From IMG/VR virus record IMGVR_UViG_3300048503_000086: a stretch of 64,000 nucleotides of DNA; one strand, 5' to 3'. Position numbers and translations under genes: made by a program. Below the pieces are notes generated by a model that was given only the letters and a program-made list of their open reading frames with translations, made no database searches and had not been told where the DNA came from. Position 1 is the first letter of the stretch. Every line of letters starts with the position of its first letter. The DNA is from a virus. Its lineage: Duplodnaviria > Heunggongvirae > Uroviricota > Caudoviricetes. This document shows, piece after piece, positions 43,400 through 53,700 of the stretch.

Positions 43400-46116
43400 A
43401 AGTCACTGAAGCCATCAAAGTCTTCCTCAACGCCAGGAAGCTGCCCGCCAACGCCGATCTGGTTGCGCGCTGGAGCGCCTGCATGGAGACCCAACTGAAT
43501 GTCGCCGCGGGCAATGGCGAGCCTGTCGAAGGCAAACGGACGACCTACAGCGATGGGATCAATGAATGGTGGAACATTCGCCTGCCGAAGAACGCCAACA
43601 GCGACCCATCCTGGGACGACTACGAGCTTCGATTTCCATTCGAGCTTCACGCCGAGGGAATCGGGTGTACGGGCTGGGACTGGGCAGCACGCCGATCTCG
43701 TTGGTGCGCGTTTGATTTTGACAGTCTCACCACGCACGCCAGGGGCATCGGCGTTACCGACGAGGAACTGGAGAAGATCAAGCTGGCGGCCGAGGCCCTA
43801 CCCTATGTTGAGACCAGGTTGAGTACGGGCGGAAAAGGCATCCACCTCTATTGCTACTTTGATGACGCCGGCGTCCCCACAGACAACCACACCGAGCACG
43901 CCGCCCTGGCTCGCTGTGTACTGGGAATGATGTCTTCGGACACCGGCTTCGACTTCGCCTCGCAGATCGACTGCTGCGGAGGGGTCATGTGGCTGTGGCA
44001 CCGCAAGATGACCGCCGAGAATGGCGGCCTGTCTCTCGTGAAGCCAGCCACCAAGACGCTCTCCGTCTCCGGTCTGCCGGCCAATTGGCACGATCACATT
44101 GAAGTCGTGACCAAGAAGCGGAGCAAAGTGCGTGTAAACGAGGTGGCCGAGGACGACCTTGACCCGTTCGAGGCCCTGGCAACATCCCGCAAGATCATTC
44201 CCCTGGACGACGGCCACAAGGCCCAGATCGAAAGCCTGATGCGGTCCGGCTTCACCACGCTTTGGATCGCCGACCACCACCTGCTCCAGACGCACACCTG
44301 CGCGCTGGCCAAGCTGATGGGCGAGGCTGACCTGAAGCTGGTCGGCTACTTCCACACCATCTCCGAAGGCAAGAATCCGGGGTCACCCAACTGTTTCCTC
44401 TTCCCGCTCCCCAGCGGGGCCTGGAAGGTCTACCGCTTCTCGCCCGGGATCGCCGAGGCCGAGACCTGGACCCAGGACGGCAACGGGTGGACGACCTGCT
44501 ACTTCAACCGCACACCGGACCTTTCCGTCGCCGCCAAGGCCCACGGTGCCCTCGAAGACCCAGACAAGATAGGCGAGTTCGTATTCCATGATGCTGCAAG
44601 GGCTCTGGAGGCGGCCGAGGCCCTGGGCCAGAAGATCACCCTCCTCGACGAGATGATGGACCGCGAAACCCGGCTCAAGTCCGGCAGGGACGGCCGGCTC
44701 GTCGTCGAGATCGAGAAGAGAGAAGAAGACGCCCCCATGCCGGGGTGGTTCGCCAAGAAGGGCAAGTGGTCTCGCATCTTCGACGTGAAGACCGACTCCA
44801 AGAAGTCCGACGAACTGGGCTTCAGCGAACACGACAACGTTCTCCGCGAGCTGGAGACCCCGGCTAAGGAATTCGCCGGCTGGGTCATCCACAAGGGCGG
44901 CGAGTGGGTCCGCGAGCCGCCGGCCAACGTGAAGATGCTCTTGCAGAGCCGCGGTTTCGACAAACCCGAGGCCGAGGCCATCATGGGCGGCGCGATCGGC
45001 AAGAGCTGGCGGCTGGTGAACCTGCCCTTCCACGAAGAGTATCCCGGCGGCCGGCAATGGAACATGGACGCCGCCCAGTTGCGCTATGAGCCGGCAATTC
45101 TGGGCGATGAAGAGCAGCCGAGCCACGCACATTGGGACAAGGTTCTCAACCATATCGGCCAGGAGTTGAACGCCGGGCTCCGTGAGTCGCTCTGGGCGCA
45201 GAAGGCAGGAATGAAGACGGGGGCTCAGTATCTATTGGCCTGGATCGCCTGCATGATCCGCTACCCTTTCTCGCCGCTGCCCTACCTGTTCCTCTACGGC
45301 CCGGAGAACAGCGGCAAGTCGATCTTCCACGAGGCCATCGCCCTCTTGATGACCAAGGGCTGCGTGCCGGCCGACCGGGCGTTGACCAGCGCCAGCGACT
45401 TCAACGGGGAACTGGCCAACTGCATCCTGGCGGTCGTCGAGGAAAAAGACATCTCCAAGGCCAAAGGGGCACTGGCCAAGATCAAGGAATGGGTCACGGC
45501 CCGCAACCTGTCCATCCGCAAGATGCGGACCGACAGCTACACGCAGCCCAACACGACCCACTGGGTCCAATGCGCCAACCGCCGGGAGAACTGCCCCATC
45601 TTTCCCGGCGACACGCGGATCACCGTGATCCATGTGCCGGACCTTCTGCCGGACCAGGAAATCCCCAAGGAGAAGCTGATCGAGCGTCTTACGGAAGAGG
45701 CCCAGCACTTCATGTACAGCCTGATGAACATGGAACTGCCGGAGGTGGTGGGGCGGCTGCGGCTCCCCATCGTGATTACCGACAGCAAGCTGCGGAGCGA
45801 GGAAGACAACCGCGATGCGTTCGAGGAATTCCTTGCCGACAACTGCTTCGAGGCCCCGGGGGCCTTAATGCCTTTCAAGGACCTGTTCGACAAGTTCTAC
45901 GAGTCACTGACCGTGAACGAGAAGGGCGAGTGGACAAAGCAGAGGGCGATCAAGAAGCTGCCCTCGCGGTTCCCCACGGGAAACGGTCCCGGCAACAAGA
46001 AGTATGTTGCCAACATCTCCCTTGAAGAAGTGACCTCTCCCGACGCAAAGCCCCTTCTGTACTTGGAGGGCAAGTTCGTTACACAGCCGCAAGAGCCACC
46101 GGAGGCCCAGCCATGA
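43396..46116 (+). CDS. DNA primase/helicase (prim-pol N-terminus with D5/P4-type SF3 helicase)
   Basis: 906 aa; Walker A LFLYGPENSGKS; N-terminal primase-polymerase-like region. Confidence 0.8.
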   Translation: MKVTEAIKVFLNARKLPANADLVARWSACMETQLNVAAGNGEPVEGKRTTYSDGINEWWNIRLPKNANSDPSWDDYELRFPFELHAEGIGCTGWDWAARRSRWCAFDFDSLTTHARGIGVTDEELEKIKLAAEALPYVETRLSTGGKGIHLYCYFDDAGVPTDNHTEHAALARCVLGMMSSDTGFDFASQIDCCGGVMWLWHRKMTAENGGLSLVKPATKTLSVSGLPANWHDHIEVVTKKRSKVRVNEVAEDDLDPFEALATSRKIIPLDDGHKAQIESLMRSGFTTLWIADHHLLQTHTCALAKLMGEADLKLVGYFHTISEGKNPGSPNCFLFPLPSGAWKVYRFSPGIAEAETWTQDGNGWTTCYFNRTPDLSVAAKAHGALEDPDKIGEFVFHDAARALEAAEALGQKITLLDEMMDRETRLKSGRDGRLVVEIEKREEDAPMPGWFAKKGKWSRIFDVKTDSKKSDELGFSEHDNVLRELETPAKEFAGWVIHKGGEWVREPPANVKMLLQSRGFDKPEAEAIMGGAIGKSWRLVNLPFHEEYPGGRQWNMDAAQLRYEPAILGDEEQPSHAHWDKVLNHIGQELNAGLRESLWAQKAGMKTGAQYLLAWIACMIRYPFSPLPYLFLYGPENSGKSIFHEAIALLMTKGCVPADRALTSASDFNGELANCILAVVEEKDISKAKGALAKIKEWVTARNLSIRKMRTDSYTQPNTTHWVQCANRRENCPIFPGDTRITVIHVPDLLPDQEIPKEKLIERLTEEAQHFMYSLMNMELPEVVGRLRLPIVITDSKLRSEEDNRDAFEEFLADNCFEAPGALMPFKDLFDKFYESLTVNEKGEWTKQRAIKKLPSRFPTGNGPGNKKYVANISLEEVTSPDAKPLLYLEGKFVTQPQEPPEAQP

Positions 46117-46280
46117 CGATCCTGGTCTACAAGATCACCGGCAGGCACACCCGCTCGATTGCGACAGCGACCCTCGTGGATCAAGTCGAGACGGGCAAAA
46201 TGCCCGACGACCAGATCGCGTTCGCTGAAGAACACGGCGGCGACTTCATCGAAGTGGCCGCAGAAACGGCAGGTGCTTGA
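46113..46280 (+). CDS. Small hypothetical protein (55 aa)
   Basis: ATGA overlap with the primase stop. Confidence 0.4.
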   Translation: MTILVYKITGRHTRSIATATLVDQVETGKMPDDQIAFAEEHGGDFIEVAAETAGA

Positions 46281-46522
46281 TGGCACAATTCATCCCGCAT
46301 GGCGGCGCGGTGTATGAAGTCCGCGCGGTGTTGGACATCGGTGACCTGCAACAGTTCGTCGGCGGCTTCGTGCGGTTCTTGGACATCGGCTTTGGGAACC
46401 ACGTCGTCTGCCACGAGGATGCTGAACTCGTCTACAGCAAGAACGCGCTGGCATCATCCCTATCCCAGCGGCCCGTTCACGGGCCTGCGATCATCTGTCG
46501 AATGAAAGAACTGGAGCTATGA
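46280..46522 (+). CDS. Hypothetical protein (80 aa)
   Basis: TGATG coupling; MAQFIPHGGAVYEV... Confidence 0.45.
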   Translation: MAQFIPHGGAVYEVRAVLDIGDLQQFVGGFVRFLDIGFGNHVVCHEDAELVYSKNALASSLSQRPVHGPAIICRMKELEL

Positions 46523-46977
46523 TGAAGTACAACATGACCGACAGCGGCAAGCGGCAGCAATTCGGCAGCAACCTCGCCATTCGAGACACGGCGGACGACA
46601 AGCCGCGCCCCGATCTGATCTCGCCTTTCGCCGAAGAGCGCCAGGGCCAATGGCTCCGCATGGGGGCCGCCAAGTATGCCGAACGCAACTGGGAACGCGG
46701 AATGCCCTTCACCCGCTGCGTCGCCTCGCTCAAGCGACACGTCATGCGATACCAGCAGGGCAAACGCGACGAGGACCACCTGGCCGCCATCATGTTCAAC
46801 GCAATGGCCCTGATCCACTACGAGGAGATGATCGAGCGCGGCCTGCTCCCGTCCGAACTGAACGACATGCCAGTCTACGGCAAGCCGGCGGCCAAGAAGA
46901 ATAAGAGCCGTCGCAGGCCCGCGGCCATGAAGAAACACAATCCGCGCAAGCCGGCCTCCCCCCACGAAGAGGCGTAG
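46519..46977 (+). CDS. Hypothetical protein
   Basis: 152 aa with a basic C-terminal tail. Confidence 0.5.
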   Translation: MMKYNMTDSGKRQQFGSNLAIRDTADDKPRPDLISPFAEERQGQWLRMGAAKYAERNWERGMPFTRCVASLKRHVMRYQQGKRDEDHLAAIMFNAMALIHYEEMIERGLLPSELNDMPVYGKPAAKKNKSRRRPAAMKKHNPRKPASPHEEA

Positions 46978-47018
46978 GTGAGTCCTACATGGCTTTGCCC
47001 GCATAGGCATCGGAATTC

Positions 47019-47049
47019 TGGAACCAGTTAGCCGGTTTCTGCAACTCTT
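47019..47049 (+). promoter_or_regulatory. Copy 9 of the conserved motif, inverted on the plus strand so that its orientation matches the plus-strand genes
   Basis: gaAACCAGttagccggtttctGCAACTCTTtaa, 33 nt upstream of the ATG at 47082. Confidence 0.5.
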
Positions 47050-47081
47050 TAAGAGGGCGGGCAGCACCTTGAGCACAGACC

Positions 47082-47696
47082 ATGAAAACCTACTCCTCGC
47101 TCGTGACCTGCAACGGCAATCTGTTGGTCTCCATCGACCTGGAGACAACCGGCACCCAGCCGGGCTACCACGAGATCATCCAGATCGCCATTGTGCCGCT
47201 GAACAGCGACATTCGCCCCATCGCGGAGTTACCGGTCTTCTACACCAACATGAAACCGAAGTTCCCGCGCCGCGCGGAGAAATCGGCCACTGCCAAACAC
47301 GGCATTACGATTTCCGACCTGCTGCAAGCGCCGGAGCCGGAAAAGGTCGAGGACATGCTGGTGGAGTGGTTCGAGCGGCTGGAACTGCCCTTCGGCAAAG
47401 TGCTCGTCCCGCTCGCCCACAATTGGGCCTTCGAGTCCAGCTTCCTGAAGGCATGGCTGGGGTGCCCGATGGTGGACCGCATCTTCCACTCGCACGCCCG
47501 GGACGGGATGCTCACTGCCATTGCGCTCAACGACCGGGCGGCCTTCGCCGGAGAGCCGGAGCCCTTTAACCGGGTGGGTCTCGGCTCCATCTGCCACAAA
47601 CTGGGGATCGTCAACACGAAGGCGCACGACGCCCTGGCCGACGCCTATGCCGGGGCCGAGGTGTACCGCGCAATGGCCCTGGGAATGGTGGGATAA
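47082..47696 (+). CDS. DnaQ-like 3'-5' exonuclease (second copy)
   Basis: VSIDLETTG (Exo I); HDALADAYA (Exo III). Confidence 0.8.
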   Translation: MKTYSSLVTCNGNLLVSIDLETTGTQPGYHEIIQIAIVPLNSDIRPIAELPVFYTNMKPKFPRRAEKSATAKHGITISDLLQAPEPEKVEDMLVEWFERLELPFGKVLVPLAHNWAFESSFLKAWLGCPMVDRIFHSHARDGMLTAIALNDRAAFAGEPEPFNRVGLGSICHKLGIVNTKAHDALADAYAGAEVYRAMALGMVG

Positions 47697-48061
47697 TGAG
47701 CGCAGAACCACGACCCGACCTGGCAGCCATCGAACTTACGCTCCCGCCGCCCGGCCCAAAGGACACGGAGCGGACCTTCCAACGCCCAATCTTCGAGCCC
47801 AATGGTGCGATCACCTACCCGAAGACTCAAGGCGACTGGGAGCCGCCGCAGGACATTAGCGGCTACGTCCGTGACCCCGACAACAAGTGGCGGTTCCTGC
47901 CACTCTGGCTACCCTGCGGCCTGCGGTCGCAGATGGCCTTCTTGAAGCCAAACTGCGGCTGCATCGACATCATCATGCGCTGCAACAACCCACAGGCACC
48001 CGTGTACGGTGAACGACTGTCCCACACCGTCTGTGAATCGTGCCCGAGGAGAGTAACATGA
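47696..48061 (+). CDS. Cys-rich hypothetical protein
   Basis: TAATG coupling. Paralog of 48058-48615 (GYVRDPDNKWRF vs GYVRDNQNPRVF). Confidence 0.5.
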   Translation: MSAEPRPDLAAIELTLPPPGPKDTERTFQRPIFEPNGAITYPKTQGDWEPPQDISGYVRDPDNKWRFLPLWLPCGLRSQMAFLKPNCGCIDIIMRCNNPQAPVYGERLSHTVCESCPRRVT

Positions 48062-48615
48062 AAGAACCCTGCACCGACTGTCCCCCGATCGCAATCCCGT
48101 TGCCGGGCAGCCAGCGGCCTGTAGCACCTGTCTCGACCGTCATTCTCAACTTCGGCGGCCCGCAGCAGCACTCCCATCGGTTGGTGGCGCAGGCCATCCC
48201 GGCCGACGCCGACCTGGCGCACGGGCGTCCCGCGTGCCATGACGACGGCTCGCTGGAGTTCCCCGTGGAAGGGCACCGGGACATCCACGGATACGTGCGG
48301 GACAACCAGAACCCGCGCGTCTTCCATCCGGCATGGCCGGAATGCGTCTACCGGGTGCTGCGCGTGACTGCGGACAAGCAGCTTGTCGTCACCGGACACT
48401 GCAATGGACCGCTAGCGGCACGCACGCGGCAGCCACTCACTACAGACATTTGCCAGGTGTGCCCCGCCCGGCGTGCCCACGTCACCCGGACGCTGCCTAA
48501 GAATGCCGATGAAATCAATGCTGCCGTGAGAGTCAGGTTGAAGCCTATTGATAGAACTGTGAGTGAGCCATCCCCGCCCGGTCAGCCTGGCTCATCATCA
48601 GCTTCAGTACCTTAG
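48058..48615 (+). CDS. Cys-rich hypothetical protein (paralog)
   Basis: ATG at 48058 with GAGGAGAG ribosome-binding site and ATGA overlap. The C-terminal tail may be over-extended. Confidence 0.5.
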   Translation: MKEPCTDCPPIAIPLPGSQRPVAPVSTVILNFGGPQQHSHRLVAQAIPADADLAHGRPACHDDGSLEFPVEGHRDIHGYVRDNQNPRVFHPAWPECVYRVLRVTADKQLVVTGHCNGPLAARTRQPLTTDICQVCPARRAHVTRTLPKNADEINAAVRVRLKPIDRTVSEPSPPGQPGSSSASVP

Positions 48616-49120
48616 TCTCAGCGAAGTCCACCAACTTCGAGCGGACAACGTGAACGCCAAACTGCCGCAACTCTTTGCGGACCGCCTTAGTCAACGTCGT
48701 GGTCAACGTGTCGTCTGCAATCCCCTTCATGATCTCGTCATAAGCGTGCGTGGCGATCACCCGCACAACGGCAGATTGCGTCAGGTCGTTAATGGTCGAG
48801 TCACAATCCCAATTGACCCGGCCGATAGCCTGCACAATGTCTCGAACTCGATAGACCACGAGTGTCTTAATCGTGACCTTCCTGCCGTCCTTCGTCGTAA
48901 GAACTTGGTCAGGGAGGCTGAGCGTCTGGCGGGCCGTGACCAGGACTTCCACCTCGGTCGTCAGGGGCCAGTACCAGTGCAAGCCCGGCGGCATGGCCTT
49001 GACCTTCCAGCCATGCACCCACTTCACCCCGGCATGAGTCGCCCGGACAATGACGATGCGAGGACAAAAACGAAAGACCGCCTCGATCAGTTGATTGAGC
49101 CACGCGAAGGCAGATTCCAT
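48545..49120 (-). CDS. SPFH/band-7 domain protein
   Basis: KDGRKVTIKTLVVYRVRDIVQAIGRV...AVRKELRQFGVHVVRSKLVDFAE. Confidence 0.65.
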   Translation of the reverse strand: MESAFAWLNQLIEAVFRFCPRIVIVRATHAGVKWVHGWKVKAMPPGLHWYWPLTTEVEVLVTARQTLSLPDQVLTTKDGRKVTIKTLVVYRVRDIVQAIGRVNWDCDSTINDLTQSAVVRVIATHAYDEIMKGIADDTLTTTLTKAVRKELRQFGVHVVRSKLVDFAETKVLKLMMSQADRAGMAHSQFYQ

Positions 49121-49225
49121 CGTAGGATCTCCAGAAAGAGAAAGGGTGTCCAGGCGTAAGCCGGGGCACCCTTTCGTCGTTTACGGCGTGCTGCGGGTCC
49201 CATTAGGGACCCTTTGGGAAAGCCG

Positions 49226-49498
49226 TCAGGGAATCGGGCACGGAGCGTCGGGGTCCGGGTTCGGACTGCCGGGCTGCAAAAGCTGCCGGCTGCGCGACGC
49301 CTCTCTCACGCTCATCAGCGTGCTCTTGAGATCGGATCTGCGAGGGTCGATGGAGTCCAGATCATGGGAGGCGCGAGCGGCCCGCGCCGCCTCCCGAGCG
49401 TCTTGAATGTCCCGGCCGACATCGTCAGGATTGCGGCCCTGGGCCTCAATCAAGGCGATGCCCGGCGTCGGGTTACTGGCCTTGGTTACGTTTTGCAT
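49226..49498 (-). CDS. Small-protein paralog 1 (MQNVxK...IxLIEAQGR family)
   Basis: MQNVTKASNPTPGIALIEAQGRNPDDVGRDIQDAR...DAPCPIP. AAGGAAG ribosome-binding site. Confidence 0.5.
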   Translation of the reverse strand: MQNVTKASNPTPGIALIEAQGRNPDDVGRDIQDAREAARAARASHDLDSIDPRRSDLKSTLMSVREASRSRQLLQPGSPNPDPDAPCPIP

Positions 49499-49515
49499 GG
49501 ATGCTCTTCCTTGGG

Positions 49516-49812
49516 CTACACGATGGGTTGTGGAGACGGGGCGGCCGTATCCGTGGCCACGGTCTTGGGGTAAGTCGCCAGGGCCGGCTCGCCTCCCCAC
49601 TCCCCGCCCCGCCTGTCCACGACCGCCTGCCTCATGGCCAGCAGCTTGCGTTGGACGGGCGTGTGGTCCACTGGCAAAGCGCGTTGGCGGACTTCCGCCT
49701 TGTGCCGAGCGTCCTGAACGTCCTGGTAGACCTCATCGTGACTGCGGCCCTGGGCCTCGATCATCACGATGTCCGGCGAGGCGCTGTTGGTGTTACCTAC
49801 GTACTGGGTCAT
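49516..49812 (-). CDS. Small-protein paralog 2
   Basis: MTQYVGNTNSASPDIVMIEAQGRSHDEVYQDVQDAR... Confidence 0.5.
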   Translation of the reverse strand: MTQYVGNTNSASPDIVMIEAQGRSHDEVYQDVQDARHKAEVRQRALPVDHTPVQRKLLAMRQAVVDRRGGEWGGEPALATYPKTVATDTAAPSPQPIV

Positions 49813-49900
49813 GGTCGCCTCGCGTCAGGGGATCGGACAACCCCATGACTGCGGCCTTGGGCCGCAATCATGGTGATGTCTGGGTGTCCCCTTCGTCTTG

Positions 49901-50179
49901 TCAGGGAATCGGGCACGGGGCATCCGTGTCCGGGGTCGTACCGATGGTGGGCGTCAGATCACGCTGGGCGTGCGCCTTCATCATCATGGCCTTCAACCTG
50001 TCCTTGACCCCGGAGGTGAGGGTGCCGGAGGGTGCCGCTTCGTGCGACAACCGCGCCGCCGCCACCGTCTGCCGGGCATTCTGGATGTCCTGGTGGACAG
50101 CGTCGCTGTCGCGGCCCTGGACCGGAATCAGCACGATGTCCGGCGAGGGGCTGGTGACGGGTTTTCCTACGTTCTGCAT
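49901..50179 (-). CDS. Small-protein paralog 3
   Basis: MQNVGKPVTSPSPDIVLIPVQGRDSDAVHQDIQNAR...DAPCPIP. GAAGGGA ribosome-binding site. Confidence 0.5.
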   Translation of the reverse strand: MQNVGKPVTSPSPDIVLIPVQGRDSDAVHQDIQNARQTVAAARLSHEAAPSGTLTSGVKDRLKAMMMKAHAQRDLTPTIGTTPDTDAPCPIP

Positions 50180-50243
50180 GGGAATGTCCCTTCTTGCGTG
50201 AGCAGCGATCGGTGCCTGGTCCACGAGACCGGCACAAGGTCGC

Positions 50244-50492
50244 TTACTCGGTGGCGCTGTCCGGCACGCTGGCCACGCCGGCGGCCTCGTTGACCTTCTG
50301 GCTGACGGGCTTCCAGCCGTCCTGGCCATAGACCTGAGCCTGGTCCCGCTCGGGAACCTGCCCCGTCGCCTTGTTGTACTCGTTGAGCGACTTGGCCATC
50401 GCCACGTCACGGTCCGTCTGGTCGCCCGTCGCGCCCTGGGCCTGGATCAGCACGGTGTCGGGGCACTTGCCCAAAGTTCCGATGTTCTGCAT
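50244..50492 (-). CDS. Small-protein paralog 4
   Basis: MQNIGTLGKCPDTVLIQAQGATGDQTDRDVAMAK... Confidence 0.45.
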   Translation of the reverse strand: MQNIGTLGKCPDTVLIQAQGATGDQTDRDVAMAKSLNEYNKATGQVPERDQAQVYGQDGWKPVSQKVNEAAGVASVPDSATE

Positions 50493-50578
50493 CTTCGTAC
50501 TCGCTTTCTGAAACAGAGAAAACAACACAACACAAACGGAAGCGGACCTACATCGGCCCACCTCTCACTCGCACTACG

Positions 50579-50758
50579 CTACTTCTTGCGATGCTTGGCG
50601 AACTGCGCCAGCCGCTTGGCCAACGCAACCTGCCGGTTGGTCGTCGCATCCTTGTGGGGCTTGGCCTCGAACTGGGAGAGCGTCATGCCCGCCGCCTTGG
50701 CCTTCGCCGTCAACGCCCCGGGGTGCTTGATCGCCCCCTGAATCCACTTGTCAGCCAC
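50579..50758 (-). CDS. Small basic protein (about 60 aa)
   Basis: GTG start preceded by AGGAGG. (V)ADKWIQGAIKHPGALTAKAKAAGMTLSQFEAKPHKD... Confidence 0.35.
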   Translation of the reverse strand: MADKWIQGAIKHPGALTAKAKAAGMTLSQFEAKPHKDATTNRQVALAKRLAQFAKHRKK

Positions 50759-50781
50759 GAGATGCCTCCTTCACGAAAAGG

Positions 50782-53700
50782 TTAGTAAACGATCGCCGAA
50801 ACCAGGGACGCAACAGTGCTCGCGTCGGTCTGAATTGCCGTGAACTGGGCCGAATTCAGCGTGACTCCCCACGCCTGAGACACAAAAGGCGCGATGAGAG
50901 TCACGGTACTGGCCATGCCGAGGGCCAGGTTCGACACGTCGGCCGCCAACCGGGCAACGTCCGTCCCAAGCCGAGTGGCCGCCGTCACAATCGCAGTCGT
51001 CGAGCCTACCGAGATGCCGCGCACCACATTGGCCACGGCATCCAGTTGCACGGTCGCTGCCGATCCCGGCACGTTGTAGAGGTAGTCCGACATGGCGGGT
51101 GTGTACGCGGCCTCGGCCTTCGCAAGATCCATCTTCAGGGCATACGTCGCGCTGGTGTTCGTGGGGTCGATCACCGGGGCACCGACCTGGCCCAGGCTAA
51201 AGAAATCCCCCAGGTAGCCAAAGTTCTTGGGACCGGGATTCTTGCTGTCCATGATCTTCGTCGTGGAAAGGTCGATCACCACGCTCACCGGGAGCGGGGT
51301 GTCGGAGATCACCGACTCCTCCAAGTAGTCCAGGGCCAGATCCAACAGCGCAGGCGTTCCCACGGTGTAGCTGGTATACTGGTTGGGAAGGACCACCGGC
51401 TGTGCCGCAAAACCCGTGTCCCCCGGCGTGGGGTCGCCCCAGTCGGGATGGGGACCGAAGATCACGTTCGGGCCGCCGACAAAGACCCCCTGGGCGATAG
51501 GCCGCACGCCGCCGGCGGGCACCGTCGAGCCGTTGCCCGTCAGGCTGCCGTTGGGGCCGACCGGGATGTAGTAGCTCGCCGAGGGCAACTGGCCGACCGG
51601 AAGGAGGCCGTTGGCGTTCATGCCGATGCCGCCGCCCCCGAAGCCCACCGTCTCCGTCACCGAGGGCGGCCAGGTGGTCGTGGTCGGCAAGGCCGAAGGC
51701 CAGTAGTAGGGGAACTGGACCATCGCCCCGGCGTTCACGGGGCACTCGCACTCGAAGTCGATGCTGTTCTCGGCCGAATTGTAGGCGGCCTTCTGCACCA
51801 GCACGGGCACGGCCGCCGAAGCCACCGCCCCCGGGACATCAAACGTCACGCAGTCGAAGGTCTCCAGGTTGAGCTTGTTCAAGAACGCGCGGAACCTGAT
51901 CCGCTTCCAGATCATGGAGTAACGGATGAGCCAGAAAGTGGCCATCTTGAGGATGATGTCCGGCTGATTGAAGATCCACCAGTCGTAGTCCTTCTCCCAG
52001 AGCCCATAGCGCGAGACATTGTGCCGCAAGACGATCAACTGCTCCTGCTGCTCTCCCGGCTCGGGGGCGTAGCCCATCCGCCACTTGACGTTCATCTTGG
52101 TGACCAGGTTCTCCGTGTCCGTGGAGGCGATCTCCATGCCGTGCTCGGAGTCGATGTCGCTGACGGTGATCGTGTCCACCGGCGTGGGCTCTTCCGGCAG
52201 GTAGGTGAGGTAGACCACCTCGTTCTCGATCCAGATCGCACAGCGGCACTGGAAGGCGATGTCCTTGAGCACTTGCAGCACATTCTTGCGCTCCAGCAAG
52301 GGGAAGTTGGCCGGGAAAGGGGCCAGCATCGTGCGGCAGTGGTTGAAGGAGGTCGCGTCCCAGGTGAGGTCCGTGTAGTTCTCGATCAGGTACTCCAGGA
52401 TGTCCACGATGTTCGGGCCGACCGACGACTGGAATGTGACGTAAAGCTGGTCCGACCAGCCCGTGATCCAGTTGCTGTTCAAGTCCTGATAGACCATCAG
52501 GGAGAGCCGCTGCTGGAGGACGATCTGCACGGCCGTAATGCTGCCGTACTGGACGGTCTCGACCGTGTACCAGCTCGGCGGCACCACGTTCAGCACCCGC
52601 TGGCCGTTGACCGTCTGGAACGCCTTGACGCAGAGCACCTGGCCGGGCACGATGGAGGCGATGAAATTGCAGCCCTGGTTGACGCCCAACTGGACCTTGG
52701 CTCCGGCGTCCGCCCAGAACTGCTTGGCGGTCAGCGTCGGCGGCTTCACGATGGGGTTGGTGGGCACCGTGAGGATCACGACCGCCTCGTCCAGCACGCA
52801 GGGGTTCGGAGCCGCAGGGGCAGCGCCGGGGGTGATCGGCACGCCCAAGGCGCTAGTCATGCTCAGCGTGCCGGTGGCGACCTCCGTGTTGAAGTTGATA
52901 ACATCACCCAGGCTGCCGCAGGGGATGTTGGCGGTAAAGTGCAGCGTGGCCGCCGGCGGCGGATTCAGCAGCGGGCAATCAATCAGGTGCTGCGCCGCCT
53001 TCAGTTCCGCGTTGGCCACTTCCAGGTTGTAGCGCACGATCACCTGCGGGTCCTCCGCGGAGGCGATCGTGAAAAGCTCGCCCTGGAACGACCCCGTAAG
53101 GTAGGCGCTGCCCAGGGTGATCTGAACTTGCTGGTTCTGCGGGAAGTCCTCTCCTCCCAGGATGTGGATCGGATTGGCCCCGGTATACCCGGCCAGCTCC
53201 GACAACTGCCGGGCGCGGGTAGCCAACATGCAGGCTTCCTTCTTGTTCAGCAGGAATTCCTCGTTGGCCATCTGGTTGGAAATCGCCTGGGCCATCTCCC
53301 GGTACTGCTGGTACTGGACAGGGTCCACGTCCTCCCAGAGGTCGGCCGCCTGGTTGTAGACGTTCAACTGCTGGCCCTGCTTCCAGAGGCCGAACAGCGT
53401 GGAGGGGTCGAAATCCGTGCCGTTGGCGTACAGCGGCAGGATCTCGCCGGTCCAGGTCACGAACCCCACGGGGTCCAAGGTCACGCCCTCGATGGCCATG
53501 TTGACTTCCAGGGCGGCGTAGTCGATGACCTCGCCGAAGACCATCGGCCAGGGCTTGCCGATCATCTCGCTGGGGATGTAGGGAAAGCTGCCCTCCTCCA
53601 CCGAGAAGCCGACTTCCAGGTTCTCCAGCGGCGAGACGATGGTGACCTTCAGGGTCCGGTCGCGCTCGTTCCAGGTCACCGGCGTATTGATCCGCCCGGC

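Noticed and set aside
44130-44140. CGTGTAAACG inside the primase gene, resembling the 42631/42676 direct repeats
   Set aside because: Only 10 of 20 bp match. It lies within coding sequence. Probably coincidental.
50591-50785. Plus-strand 64-aa ORF
   Set aside because: It is antisense to a better-supported minus-strand small gene (50579-50758) that has an AGGAGG ribosome-binding site.
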